Below are positions 9,273-19,591 of a DNA stretch of 64,000 nucleotides, piece after piece (position 1 is the stretch's first letter; every line of letters begins with the position of its first letter). The translations under genes were made by a program, and so were the position numbers. Origin of the DNA: Terriglobia bacterium (GTDB lineage Bacteria; Acidobacteriota; Terriglobia; 20CM-2-55-15); contig CAXWPJ010000009.1 in NCBI GenBank assembly GCA_963664115.2, positions 32,001-96,000 on the forward strand, in the 5' to 3' direction. The notes beneath the pieces were generated by a model. It ran no database searches and was not told where the DNA came from. It saw only the letters and a list, made by a program, of their open reading frames with translations.

Positions 9273-10165
9273 TATCGACCACCCACCAGTGCCTGGACTG
9301 TTCCTTGACCGGTCACCCGGGCTGTGGCCTGGCCCGATCCATTCAGATGTTCGACGATAATCGTTTGACCGTACTCGCCGGAAGATCGCGCCTTCATCAT
9401 CGCGGATATGGTGATGTTACCAACCGCTGCGACGACATTGACGGCATCGCCACGGCGGACCAGCACAGGCGAATAGAGCTGGCTTGTCGTCAATACCCGG
9501 CCCGGTTCCAGATCCTGCTTGGCGAGCATTCCCCGAATCTGGTCCAGCGATTGCACCACCTCACCCGAGCCATTCAAGGGCGCGAATTTCCATTGGACAT
9601 CATCCTCAAGTACCCGTGCGTGCGCTCTGACAGGGCGTTCCAGCACAGGTTGGGGGGTTTCGACGTGGACCCGAGTCTGAACATAGGCGGAGCGGGCGAA
9701 GCCGTCACCACGGATGTCAAGCTGGACTGAGACCCGGCCCCCTGGGTTGATATTCGTTGGCAGTGTCCCGGAAATCTGAACGTCGGCGGTCGTTACGTCG
9801 ATGGACGGAACGATCATTTCTTGAATCTCTACGCGGGCCTCGGGAAAGCGTCTACTGAAGAGTTCTTGAACGAGAACCCTGACCCGCTCCACATCCAATG
9901 GGACCGATTGTCGCCGGACCAGGACAGACTCCGGCAGGTCCAGGTCTTCAATCCTCAGGCCACTGACACGCAGTTTGCCGAGAATTTCGTAGTCGTGAAT
10001 CCTCCTGGCGAGGCCCGGATTCGGAGCTTGGCCGAGCAGCAAGGTAGAGCGCAGATCGCCTTCGGCGAACTCAATGAGATCGCCGAGAAGGATCGTGTCC
10101 TTGTCGAGACTTACTTCAGCCGGCGCCGTTAAACAACACACAAGAGCCAATACAATTGCAATCAT
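9272..10165 (-). CDS. flgA: P-ring formation chaperone FlgA
   Basis: Signal peptide, SAF-like region, PVLVRRGDAV...GQTIIVEH. Confidence 0.9.
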   Translation of the reverse strand: MIAIVLALVCCLTAPAEVSLDKDTILLGDLIEFAEGDLRSTLLLGQAPNPGLARRIHDYEILGKLRVSGLRIEDLDLPESVLVRRQSVPLDVERVRVLVQELFSRRFPEARVEIQEMIVPSIDVTTADVQISGTLPTNINPGGRVSVQLDIRGDGFARSAYVQTRVHVETPQPVLERPVRAHARVLEDDVQWKFAPLNGSGEVVQSLDQIRGMLAKQDLEPGRVLTTSQLYSPVLVRRGDAVNVVAAVGNITISAMMKARSSGEYGQTIIVEHLNGSGQATARVTGQGTVQALVGGR

Positions 10166-10182
10166 CTTAAAGACTCCATCAG

Positions 10183-10971
10183 TTACCGAACCAGATTGTT
10201 AACCTGCTGAAGCATGTCGTCAGCAACTCGTACGGCGCGCGAGTTCACCTCATAAGCGCGCTGTGCGATGATCATGTTCACCATCTCCCCCACAACATTC
10301 ACATTGGACATTTCCAGAAAACCCTGGTTAAGCAGCCCAAGCCCATTGGTTCCCGGATTCCCCGCAGTCGCGAGCCCGGACGCTGTGGACGGCATCAGGA
10401 GGTTGCGTCCAACCGCGCTCAAACCCGCCGGATTCTGAAACATTGCAATCTGAATGTTTCCAATCGGTGTCGCTGCTGACTGACCGGCCTGGGTCACCGA
10501 AACCGTGCCGTCAGACCCGACAACAACGTTTTGAGCTTCAGCCGGTATCGAAATGGCAGGCGTCAAAGGATTCCCTTCCGCTGTCACAACGTTTCCGAGC
10601 TGATTGACATGGAAAGATCCGTCCCGCGTGTAAGCAGTTTCACCGCTGGGTAAAGTGATCTGGAAAAATCCCTTTCCGGAAATCACAAGGTCAAGAGGAC
10701 TGTCGGTCTGCCTGAAATCTCCCTGTGCGAAGTTCCGCGCCGTTGCCACGGGCATCGTTCCCAGTCCAATTTGCAAACCCGTCGGGTATTCGGTTGAAGA
10801 GGAAGACGCCGTCCCGGCCGGCCGCAGATCCTGATAAAGCAGGTCCTGAAATTCTGCGCGAACCGATTTGAATCCCGTCGTGTTGATGTTCGCGATGTTG
10901 TTCGCAATCGTGTCGATATTGATCTGCTGCGCCTGCATTCCCGTCGCTGCGGTGTGTAACGCTCTTAACAT
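10183..10971 (-). CDS. flgG: Distal rod protein FlgG
   Basis: MLRALHTAATGMQAQQ...FQDLLYQ...QRAYEVNSRAV. Confidence 0.97.
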   Translation of the reverse strand: MLRALHTAATGMQAQQINIDTIANNIANINTTGFKSVRAEFQDLLYQDLRPAGTASSSSTEYPTGLQIGLGTMPVATARNFAQGDFRQTDSPLDLVISGKGFFQITLPSGETAYTRDGSFHVNQLGNVVTAEGNPLTPAISIPAEAQNVVVGSDGTVSVTQAGQSAATPIGNIQIAMFQNPAGLSAVGRNLLMPSTASGLATAGNPGTNGLGLLNQGFLEMSNVNVVGEMVNMIIAQRAYEVNSRAVRVADDMLQQVNNLVR

Positions 10972-11058
10972 TGAACAACTCCTTGAAAACTAACTTCTAA
11001 GCTTACGGCGTGGGGGCTCGTTCCTCGTCTCCGCTACCCACACCTTCAATTGCCGGCG

Positions 11059-11769
11059 CTAGACTAAACTTGCCATCTCTGCCAACAGTTGCTTATTCAT
11101 TTCGGTCGTGACGGACCTCAAGGTCTGCGATACCGATTCGAACTCTCGAAACGCCCCCATCAACTCAATCATTTCACGGACCGAATTGACGTTGGATTTC
11201 TCCAGGTGAGCGCCCTTGACCCTGGGATCAAGAACATCTGTGACACCCGTCGGGTCGCCGATCCACTCGTAACGAAACAGGCCTTCCTTTCTCAGGTAAC
11301 GGGTATCGTCGAATTCGACGATACGCAGGGTCCCAATGACGTTCCCGTCAACTGAAATATCACCACCGTCCTGCACTCTCACCTGACCCGGACCCACAAA
11401 AATCGGAGTGTCTCCGTCGCCGAGAATCCGGTGCCCGTCTTTCAACACCAGTTCACCATCTGCGTTTACCAAAAAGCTCCCGTTACGGGTATATCGGATG
11501 CCGTTGTCAGTCTCCATGAGAAAGAAACCCGGCCCATCGATCGCCGCGTCTAGTTCACGGCTCGTGGTGACGAGGACCCCCGGTGTCAAGTCCACCAGAC
11601 TGACCACTTCGATCTTTGTCTCTGTTTCTGAGACAACCTCTTCCAGGACTTGCCCGAAGTCGCGTTTGAAACCTGTCGTCCCGACATTGGCGAGGTTGTT
11701 GGCGATGATGTCCACAATCCGCATCCTCGCTTCCAGGGCCTCGTAGGCTGTAAAAATTGCATCACTCAT
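11059..11769 (-). CDS. flgF: Proximal rod protein FlgF
   Basis: ANNLANVGTTGFKRD, YTRNGSF, LEKSNVNSVREM; upstream of flgG. Confidence 0.92.
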   Translation of the reverse strand: MSDAIFTAYEALEARMRIVDIIANNLANVGTTGFKRDFGQVLEEVVSETETKIEVVSLVDLTPGVLVTTSRELDAAIDGPGFFLMETDNGIRYTRNGSFLVNADGELVLKDGHRILGDGDTPIFVGPGQVRVQDGGDISVDGNVIGTLRIVEFDDTRYLRKEGLFRYEWIGDPTGVTDVLDPRVKGAHLEKSNVNSVREMIELMGAFREFESVSQTLRSVTTEMNKQLLAEMASLV

Positions 11770-11934
11770 AAGAAACGCTCAAATCCGGGCTCCATCTCGA
11801 AACAGGTGCCCCAGTGTCATCGTTGCAAGTTATGAACCAATCGATACCCAATCCGCACAAAACGTCACAGGTCGCGATAAGTCACACACCTGTTAACACT
11901 TGGTGCAATCGGAAGGTCGCCCGCATGATTTCCT

Positions 11935-12405
11935 CTAAAGAAGTCCTGCAGTCCTGCCGATAGGAAGAAAAGGACGGTCCTGGCCAATTTTGCCGCGTTC
12001 GATCCGCGACATACCCAGCAAGACGTTGACTTCTGCTTCAGTCAGCCCCGCCGAGCGCGCAATCACGGAAACCTCTCTTCCACGCTTCCCCATTGCAATA
12101 ACCCGGCTCCGCAGGTCGAAGTCGATTGCTACCGCCGATCGATTAGCGGGCAGTGCGACAGCTGGGCTGAGTGGAGCACTTTTCAAACTACTGATTTGCT
12201 GGCGCGCCACGTCAGCGATATTGAAGAAACTGGCCTCCGCGTCTTGCCATTCCTTGTTCAGCGCGCCGAGCGCAACCCTGGTGAGCTGAAACTTCCGCCG
12301 CACGTAATATGCGAGCGAAATGATGGATAGGCCACACAGGCACAGCGCCAGATAGATGCCGATCTCCTCAGGAGGGATCGAGACTAACAAGCCGTTTGTC
12401 GTCAC
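11935..12405 (-). CDS. Flagellar-locus membrane protein (TM, coiled coil, C-terminal HTH-like; DUF2802-like)
   Basis: N-terminal hydrophobic helix; C-terminal GREVSVIARSAGLTEAEVNVLL. Confidence 0.6.
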   Translation of the reverse strand: MTTNGLLVSIPPEEIGIYLALCLCGLSIISLAYYVRRKFQLTRVALGALNKEWQDAEASFFNIADVARQQISSLKSAPLSPAVALPANRSAVAIDFDLRSRVIAMGKRGREVSVIARSAGLTEAEVNVLLGMSRIERGKIGQDRPFLPIGRTAGLL

Positions 12406-12673
12406 TATTCAACTCCGTGATTCTGATTCCATAATATCCATCAACGACAACCACCTCGCCACGTGCGATCGCTCGGCCGTTGACAACAAGATCGACCGGT
12501 TCGTCGATGCTCGAATTAAGTTCGATCACTGACCCGATTCCCAGCTTGATGACCTCCTCAAGGAGCATATTGGTCTCACCAAATCGAATGGAAGCCGCCA
12601 ACTGGAGGTCCATGAAGACGTCCAAATTCTCATCCACACCCTTTGGCTTTGTTTCTTCAGGCTCAATTTCCAT
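12368..12673 (-). CDS. fliN: Motor switch protein FliN
   Basis: GSVIELNSSIDEPVDLVVNG...GEVVVVDGYYGIRITE. Confidence 0.93.
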   Translation of the reverse strand: MEIEPEETKPKGVDENLDVFMDLQLAASIRFGETNMLLEEVIKLGIGSVIELNSSIDEPVDLVVNGRAIARGEVVVVDGYYGIRITELNSDDKRLVSLDPS

Positions 12674-13561
12674 TTAGAAACTTTCTCCCATGGCAGATGT
12701 TGCAGTTTCGATGATCTCGAATGACTTGCTGTTTTCTTCGAGTCGCGCAGTTGCTTTCAGCTTGTCTTTGCCGGCGATTTTAAGTACGACCGGCAAATCG
12801 TTTCTCTGCTCCAGCACCAAGGTATCCCCTGCCTGAAGCGAGAGTATCGATCGCATCGGATAAAATGTCGCTCCAGTTTCAATGGCAACGTTCACTGGCA
12901 CCTTGTCAATATTTTCCTCCAGCGTTGAACCCGCAGCAGTCTTCCTTCGGCCGGACCATTCCTTGTCGAATATGTGCATGATCGGTTCGAGGACGAGCGT
13001 CGGAAACGCCAGGCTGATCTTGGTCGTCTTATCGCAGGTCCGCATCTGGAATCTGAAAACGACGACCATCTCGTTTGGAGAAACGATCTGGACCATGTGC
13101 GGTTGGGTTTCGGTGGCGGTGACGTCGAACTCGATCGGATAGATCTGCCGCCAGGCTTCACGCAAGTTATCCACTACCAGATTGAGAATTTGCTGAACGA
13201 CGTTCTGCTCGATTTCAGTCATCGGGCGCTCTATTTCCACTGATTCTCCGGACCCGCCGAGTAAGCGGTCGAGGATGGAGAAGATGGCTTCCGGCACAAT
13301 CTCCAGCGCGGCAGACCCTTCCAACGGCTTCAGAGAGATCGACGAATAACAGGTCGGATCCGACAACGTCTCCAGGAAGTCCGCATAGCTAATCTGGTCG
13401 ATCGTGTCGAGGTTGATCTCGACAACTTTACGTAGGTATGCGGAAAGAGCGGAGGAAATGCTCCTCGCAAACCGATCGTGGATAAAATGCAGCGATCGAA
13501 GCTGGTTCTTCGAGATGCGGTCAGGACGTTTGTAGTTATAAGTCTGTATCTTCGATTTCAT
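12674..13561 (-). CDS. fliM: Motor switch protein FliM (short N-terminus)
   Basis: YNYKRPDRISKNQLRSL, LDRLLGG, TEIE, QIVSPNE. Confidence 0.92.
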   Translation of the reverse strand: MKSKIQTYNYKRPDRISKNQLRSLHFIHDRFARSISSALSAYLRKVVEINLDTIDQISYADFLETLSDPTCYSSISLKPLEGSAALEIVPEAIFSILDRLLGGSGESVEIERPMTEIEQNVVQQILNLVVDNLREAWRQIYPIEFDVTATETQPHMVQIVSPNEMVVVFRFQMRTCDKTTKISLAFPTLVLEPIMHIFDKEWSGRRKTAAGSTLEENIDKVPVNVAIETGATFYPMRSILSLQAGDTLVLEQRNDLPVVLKIAGKDKLKATARLEENSKSFEIIETATSAMGESF

Positions 13562-14310
13562 CGTTCACTCAGAAGTTGGAACGCCGATTCGACGCCGGGC
13601 GACATTTTTTTCATTTTGGAGCGGAGACGGAGCATGGCCTTGGTGCGAATCTGCGACACGCGCGACTCGTTCACACCCAACATCGCACCGATCTCCTTCA
13701 TCGTGAACTCTTCGTAGTAATAGAGTGACAGGACAAGCCTCTCTCTCTCCGGCAGCGAGTCGATCACTCCGCCCAACATCTTGCCCAGCTCACCCCGTTC
13801 GAACTGTTCGTAGGGATCGTTCTCGCCATCATCGGGGTAGTAATTGATAAAACTTTCGCCGGAACCGTCCTCGCGGTTGTCACCGATGTCTTCAAACGAA
13901 CCAATCGTCAGTCCATGAAGCTGGTCAACAAGCGCATGGAAGTCCTCGATGTCTTCACCCAGTTCCAGGCAGACCTCCTCATCAGTCGCCGGACGACCCA
14001 GGCGCTGGCCCAGAACCCGGTAAACCTTTTCCAGGTCTTTACTTTTTTTCCTGAGCGAACGCGGAGCCCAGTCCAGATCGCGCAGGCTGTCCAGAATGGC
14101 GCCTCGAATCCGTAATTCCGCATAAGTCTTGAATTTGAAGCCTCGTTCAGGTTCAAACTTTTCAACCGCATCCAGGAGCCCGATGACACCCGCGTTAACT
14201 AGGTCGCAAATCTCGACACTCGGCGGCAAGCGCATTGCAACACGATGGGCGATGTGATTGATCAGCGGCAGAGAATCATTGATCATCTCTTCTCGTTCTA
14301 CGACATTCAT
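13558..14310 (-). CDS. fliA: Flagellar sigma factor FliA (sigma28)
   Basis: KTYAELRIRGAILDSLRDLDW, SLYYYEEFTMKEIG...ESRVSQI. Confidence 0.96.
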   Translation of the reverse strand: MNVVEREEMINDSLPLINHIAHRVAMRLPPSVEICDLVNAGVIGLLDAVEKFEPERGFKFKTYAELRIRGAILDSLRDLDWAPRSLRKKSKDLEKVYRVLGQRLGRPATDEEVCLELGEDIEDFHALVDQLHGLTIGSFEDIGDNREDGSGESFINYYPDDGENDPYEQFERGELGKMLGGVIDSLPERERLVLSLYYYEEFTMKEIGAMLGVNESRVSQIRTKAMLRLRSKMKKMSPGVESAFQLLSER

Positions 14311-14351
14311 AAAAAACTTCCCCGTACCTTATCTGAGTGCATTAGACAGGC

Positions 14352-15608
14352 TCACTGTTTCTTTTTTGTGCGAGGGATACGCCCCTTTCTGGGTGGCAGC
14401 ATCATTCGGGCCAGGTCTGCAGCGTTCGCTGGCATGAGGTCGCCAGGTACGTGCGGCCCTTCGCTTACGAAAGAAACAGGTAATTGATATCCGAGCAACT
14501 CGCCGACGATGGCTCCCTTTGTCTCGGTTTCGTCCAGCTTTGTAACAATCACTGCCTGCGGTGACAACTTGTTGAAGCGTTTGTAAATTTTGGCGATGTC
14601 TTCCGCCTTCGTCGTCGCGCCAATGACCAATTGCACGCGCGCGTCCATTCCAGCCAGAGCGGCACGCAAACCCCGAAGTTGACTCACCTCGGAAGGACTG
14701 CCTCCGGTCGTGTCGATCAACAGCAAGTCGTAGTCTTTGAGATTTCCGATCGTCTGTTTGAGCGCCCCAATGCCAGCTCCGAATACGGGCACATCCAGCA
14801 GCTGTCCATAACGGGAAAGGTGTTCCTGGCCGGCAACGCGTTGGATGTCTGTGGATATCAACGCGACGTTTCTGCCGTAACGTGCAGATGCCTGTCCGGC
14901 AAGTTTGGCGATGGTTGTTGTCTTGCCGACACCGGTCGGCCCTACGAAAACACTGAGAATGGGTTGCTTACTCTCGAACTCAAGGGGGCTTTCGATTGCC
15001 AGGCTTTTTGCCAACAGCCCCCGAACAGCTTCGCGGGACTTTGCGGCTCCCGACTTGGTGCGTCCCGCACGGGCAATCAGCTGTTCCGCAAGCTCCGGGT
15101 CTACTCCCTGGCCAACCAATTCAGCATAGACGCCGCGACTGCGACCGACCGGAACTCCGGGGAACGCGTGGCTGAGCTGGCGCACGGCTCGCTTGAGTTC
15201 GTCGATCTCTTCGAGAACTTCCTCTATTCGAGCCTCGGCATTCCGAATGAGTCGGGAGGGGCCCTCGAACTCCGACATGGCAACACCGGCAACGTCCGTC
15301 GACCGGGCTACCCGCGCTTCTGGGTCGCCTCCGTTCTCGGGGTCATCGCTTGCCCATGCCGGGTCCTGTGAAATGGACACCGAATCTGGAACCGCGGCCG
15401 CGACCCTGTCAGCAGGGCTTTCGACCGGCGTCGGGACGCTCTCCTCTTTAACCCCTGCGGTAACCTCCCATCTCTGGCGACGAATACCCCAGGGTCTGCG
15501 TGTGGTCACAGGCCGGGTACCGAGGATCATCGCATCGGGACCGAAGTCGCGCTTGATATGCTCTACGGCTTCCTGGATCGTCCCTGTTTGATATGTTTTT
15601 ACCTTCAT
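14352..15608 (-). CDS. flhF: SRP-type GTPase FlhF
   Basis: MKVKTY...IKRDFGPDAMIL; GPTGVGKTTT; TKLDET. Confidence 0.92.
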   Translation of the reverse strand: MKVKTYQTGTIQEAVEHIKRDFGPDAMILGTRPVTTRRPWGIRRQRWEVTAGVKEESVPTPVESPADRVAAAVPDSVSISQDPAWASDDPENGGDPEARVARSTDVAGVAMSEFEGPSRLIRNAEARIEEVLEEIDELKRAVRQLSHAFPGVPVGRSRGVYAELVGQGVDPELAEQLIARAGRTKSGAAKSREAVRGLLAKSLAIESPLEFESKQPILSVFVGPTGVGKTTTIAKLAGQASARYGRNVALISTDIQRVAGQEHLSRYGQLLDVPVFGAGIGALKQTIGNLKDYDLLLIDTTGGSPSEVSQLRGLRAALAGMDARVQLVIGATTKAEDIAKIYKRFNKLSPQAVIVTKLDETETKGAIVGELLGYQLPVSFVSEGPHVPGDLMPANAADLARMMLPPRKGRIPRTKKKQ

Positions 15609-17638
15609 TGTCCAACAACTCCTTGCGACACTATCTGCAGATTGGGCGGAATGTCATTCGGCGAGACAACTGTCAACTGTGGAATAAATCTTTCGATTAA
15701 TTTCCGCAGATGGAAGCGGATGGTGCTCGAGCACAGCAAGGTCCATTGAGACGTTGTCAAGGTCTGACAGGTTGCACCGATTTCCTTAACCAGATTTTCG
15801 AATCCCTTGGAATCCAGCGCCAGATATGCTCCCGACTCGTCCTGGATAAGGGAACCCTTCAACCTCTCTTCCCAATCCGGGGAAAGCGAAATCACGGGCA
15901 ACTCGCCGCTTTCGTTCAGCAACGGTTTTGTGATCGAACGGCTCAGTGAAGCTCGAACTACCTCGGTTAATGTCGCGGCATCTTTCGTGCGTACACCGAA
16001 GTCGGCAAGCGACTCAAAAATCGTTACGAGGTCGCGGATTGATACCTTTTCACGGAGGAGACTCTGAAGAACCTTCTGAACCTCCCCGACTGAAAGGGTG
16101 GCGGGTACGAGCTCTTCAACGAGTTTTGGATGGGTCTCTCCAACGTGATCGATCAGGGTCTTAACTTCCTGACGACCCATCAATTCATGGGCGTGCGACC
16201 GTATCATCTCTGTAAGATGCGTGGCCAGAATCGTCGAGGCGTCCACAACCGTGTAATTCATCAGTTGCGCCCGTTCCTTATTTTCTTTGCTTATCCAGAA
16301 CGCGGATAATCCAAAGGTCGGTTCTTTAGTCGGCGTGCCGTCGATTGTTCCCGTGGTGCTCCCTGGATCGATCGCCATCAGGCGGTCCAGCATCAATTCT
16401 CCGCGGCCAATCTCAGAACCCTTGAGAAGGATTGTGTATTCTCTGGAACCCAGTTTGAGATTGTCAGAGACGTTGACAGGGGGCACGATCATGCCCAGTT
16501 CTTGGGCCAGTTGCTTTCGGATCGACCGGATACGACTTAAGAAATCGCCGCCCACCTGGGCATCGACTAATCCGACCAGTCCATAGCCAATCTCCACAGC
16601 CAGGCTGTCGATCTTGAGGAAGGCCGTCGCCCTCTCCACGGTCCCCTCTTCCGGAGGCGGCGCTTCGATTGCAGGTGCCGCCAAGCGCTGCTTTTCGTTG
16701 TTCCAGGCGTAGAATGCAATCCCACCTAGAACGGTTCCAAGTACGAGAAAACCCATGGTCGGCAAGCCAGGTATCAGACCCAGACCGCCCACGATCACGC
16801 ATGAGAAAAAAACCGGTTTCGGGTTTTCAAACAACTGCCCGATGACGTCCTCGCCCAAACTCTTTTCCGCGGCGGCGCGGGTCGTAATGAGACCACCACC
16901 GATTGAGATCAGGAGCGAGGGAATCGTGGTGACCAATCCGTCACCGATAGTAAGAATCGTGAAGGTTTCCAGGGCCACCAGCGCGTCCATTCCGTTCTGG
17001 AACATGCCGATGAACAGACCCCCAACGATATTGATCAACGTAATCAGGATGGATGCCATGGCATCACGCTGCGTGAATCGGATGGCACCGTCCATAGATC
17101 CATAAAAGCTAGCTTCCCGACCGACTTCCTTACGCCGTATACGCGCTTCTTCCTGATCGATAACTCCGGCGTTGAGGTCGGCGTCGATTGACAGTTGTTT
17201 ACCGGGTAGAGCATCCAGGGTGAATCGTGCAGTCACTTCGGAAATGCGCACGGCACCGTGGTTGATGACGACGTACTGGATGATGATCAGGACGAGGAAA
17301 ATGATCAGGCCGACGACATAATTGCCTCCGACAACGAATTGTCCGAAAGCACCGATAACGTTCCCGGCTGCTGCGAAACCCTGACTTCCGTTGAGAAGAA
17401 TAAGCCGGGTCGAGGCGATGTTTAGTGACAGGCGGAATAGAGTCGTCAGCAACAGGATCGACGGAAACGCCGAAAACTGAACCGGTTTGAGTACGTAGAC
17501 AGATGAAAGAAGAACGACAACGGACAGCGAAATGTTGGCCGAAATGAGCAGATCCAGGAACACCGGTGGCAGTGGCACCAACAACGCTGTCAAAATTATG
17601 ATGACAGCGATCGGCATGGCTACCTGTGATTTGACCAT
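15605..17638 (-). CDS. flhA: Export gate protein FlhA
   Basis: ARFTLDALPGKQLSIDADL, FYGSMDGA, EPTFGLSAFWI. Confidence 0.98.
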   Translation of the reverse strand: MVKSQVAMPIAVIIILTALLVPLPPVFLDLLISANISLSVVVLLSSVYVLKPVQFSAFPSILLLTTLFRLSLNIASTRLILLNGSQGFAAAGNVIGAFGQFVVGGNYVVGLIIFLVLIIIQYVVINHGAVRISEVTARFTLDALPGKQLSIDADLNAGVIDQEEARIRRKEVGREASFYGSMDGAIRFTQRDAMASILITLINIVGGLFIGMFQNGMDALVALETFTILTIGDGLVTTIPSLLISIGGGLITTRAAAEKSLGEDVIGQLFENPKPVFFSCVIVGGLGLIPGLPTMGFLVLGTVLGGIAFYAWNNEKQRLAAPAIEAPPPEEGTVERATAFLKIDSLAVEIGYGLVGLVDAQVGGDFLSRIRSIRKQLAQELGMIVPPVNVSDNLKLGSREYTILLKGSEIGRGELMLDRLMAIDPGSTTGTIDGTPTKEPTFGLSAFWISKENKERAQLMNYTVVDASTILATHLTEMIRSHAHELMGRQEVKTLIDHVGETHPKLVEELVPATLSVGEVQKVLQSLLREKVSIRDLVTIFESLADFGVRTKDAATLTEVVRASLSRSITKPLLNESGELPVISLSPDWEERLKGSLIQDESGAYLALDSKGFENLVKEIGATCQTLTTSQWTLLCSSTIRFHLRKLIERFIPQLTVVSPNDIPPNLQIVSQGVVGQ

Positions 17639-17665
17639 ATTCTTACTTCCTCAAACTCTCACTGA

Positions 17666-17681
17666 AGCAACCGGGATGCCA
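17666..17681 (-). promoter_or_regulatory. sigma54 promoter of the flhA operon
   Basis: TGGCAT-cccgg-TTGCT just upstream of the flhA RBS. Confidence 0.8.
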
Positions 17682-17765
17682 AGTTGAAGCCCCGGTCCAA
17701 ACGACCCGACACATCCTTCCGCAGCCCATCGGGGAACTCACTTTGCGACGGAGATCAAGAGCAAC

Positions 17766-18833
17766 TTAAGCTCTTTTATTCATTCGTTTACGGACCTTGA
17801 AGACGTATGCCAGGACCTCGGCAACCGCCTTATACAAATTGAGTGGAATCTCCTGTCCGATGTCCACGCTCCAGTACAGAGACCGGGCCAAGGGGACGTT
17901 TTCCACGCGCGGGATGTCATATTCCCGACCCACTTCTTTGATCCGCTCGGCCAACGAATCCTGACCCTTGGCAACAATCCGCGGAGCGGCCATCAAATCC
18001 GGCTTGTACTCAAGCGCAACGGCAAAGTGCGTGGGGTTCGTGATGATGACGTCTGCATCCTGAATCGCGGCCATCATTCTCTGCTTGGCCTGCGCCTGCT
18101 GGATCGATCGGATCTTGTTCTTTACCTCGGGGTTACCCTCCATATGCTTGTTGTCTTGTTTGACGTCAGACTTGGACATCTTGAGACCCTTCTCATGCTT
18201 ATGCTTCTGGTAGAAGAAGTCTGCAATCGCCAACACAAGCAATGTGAGGATGACGTAAGTCAGAATCCGGATAAGAATCTCTCTAAGCAGCGCGTTCGAC
18301 GCTTCGATGCCCATTCCCGGAGTGAGCATCAATTCATCCCAACGGTCTGTAAGGACCTGCCAGACGGCAGTCACGAGAGCGGCCAGAAGGACGAGGAAGC
18401 GTGCCCATTCCGCCGGGTTGGCTTTCGTTTTGAGTTTTTCTAGACCCTTGGCCGGATTCAGCTTTTCCCATTTCGGCTCGAGTGCCTTCGTGGCGATGTT
18501 CGGCAGCCCCTGAACGACGTTTCCGGCGAGGGCTCCGAACCATGCACCGGCCAGAATCGGCGCGACCAACAACATGAAGTAAATCCCGGTCTCGTTGATC
18601 ACAGCCAGCAGGGCGGATTGGGAAGGATCGTCGAGAATCCCCGTCTCGAGCACGCGCGATAAAAGACCCCGAAACCCCCCCCGGTAGCTGAGAACCCAGG
18701 CCAGGGTAACAACAGCCGCGGCAAGTGAAAACGTCGAGGCCACCTGTTGAGAGTAAGCAACTTGTCCCTCTTCACGCGCCTTTCGGAGCCTTATAGAAGT
18801 CGGTTTCTCTGTTTTATCGTCTTTTCCAGCCAT
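17766..18833 (-). CDS. flhB: Export switch protein FlhB
   Basis: KTEKPT...EGQV, EGNPEVK, NPTH autocleavage motif. Confidence 0.97.
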   Translation of the reverse strand: MAGKDDKTEKPTSIRLRKAREEGQVAYSQQVASTFSLAAAVVTLAWVLSYRGGFRGLLSRVLETGILDDPSQSALLAVINETGIYFMLLVAPILAGAWFGALAGNVVQGLPNIATKALEPKWEKLNPAKGLEKLKTKANPAEWARFLVLLAALVTAVWQVLTDRWDELMLTPGMGIEASNALLREILIRILTYVILTLLVLAIADFFYQKHKHEKGLKMSKSDVKQDNKHMEGNPEVKNKIRSIQQAQAKQRMMAAIQDADVIITNPTHFAVALEYKPDLMAAPRIVAKGQDSLAERIKEVGREYDIPRVENVPLARSLYWSVDIGQEIPLNLYKAVAEVLAYVFKVRKRMNKRA

Positions 18834-18834
18834 G

Positions 18835-19584
18835 TCATTTGAAGACTACGTAGGCAGCGACCTCTCGCATGATCGCCGGGAATACCACCAGGGACGCTCC
18901 CATGACGACGAGTCCGACGAGAATCTTGAGCGGCAGAGCAAGAATCATCGCGTTGAACTGGGGCTGCATCCGGGCGAGGAAACCAACGGTCATGTCAGTG
19001 AGCAAAATCACAACGAACAGCGGAAAGCCGATCTTCCAGCCCACGATAAAGATGTTGCCCGCCGTGGTCATGAGGAGGTCGAACCAGTCGGCCACTTGAG
19101 GCACACCCCCGATTGGAAAGCTTTCGTAGCTGACCTGCATCGCCACAAGGAATTCGTGGTGCATATCGGCAGCCAGAAAGACCGCGTAACCTATCAATGT
19201 GAAGTAACCGGACATGAGCGAGGACCGGTTCTGTGTCTGGGGATCGATCGCCTGAACGGCGGAAAAGGCCATGCTGAAGCCCACCAGCTGACCGGCAAAA
19301 TGCAAGACTGCGAACGCGATGCGTATCCCCATCCCCAGCAGCAAACCCACAAAAAACTCGCCGGGTATGATCAGTTCCGGATGTTCCAACGCAGCCTCAC
19401 TGAAGGGGATGACCGGAGCTAACCCGGCGGCGGTGGCGAAGACCAGAAGCACTCTCACCTGACGGGGTATAGCCGGACTGCCCCAAATCGGGGAGAACAA
19501 CAACATCGCCCCGACGCGGATCGCCACCACGAGGACGTGGACTATATAAAAGTAAGGAATCTGGACCGCGAAGATTTCGCCCAT
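18835..19584 (-). CDS. fliR: Export protein FliR
   Basis: Hydrophobic; AGQLVGFSM, GFLARMQPQFN...LPLK. Confidence 0.94.
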   Translation of the reverse strand: MGEIFAVQIPYFYIVHVLVVAIRVGAMLLFSPIWGSPAIPRQVRVLLVFATAAGLAPVIPFSEAALEHPELIIPGEFFVGLLLGMGIRIAFAVLHFAGQLVGFSMAFSAVQAIDPQTQNRSSLMSGYFTLIGYAVFLAADMHHEFLVAMQVSYESFPIGGVPQVADWFDLLMTTAGNIFIVGWKIGFPLFVVILLTDMTVGFLARMQPQFNAMILALPLKILVGLVVMGASLVVFPAIMREVAAYVVFK

Positions 19585-19591
19585 GAGAGGG

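Noticed and set aside
11795-11812. Possible sigma54 site upstream of flgF (GGGCAC-ctgtt-TCGA)
   Set aside because: Lacks the invariant -12 GC
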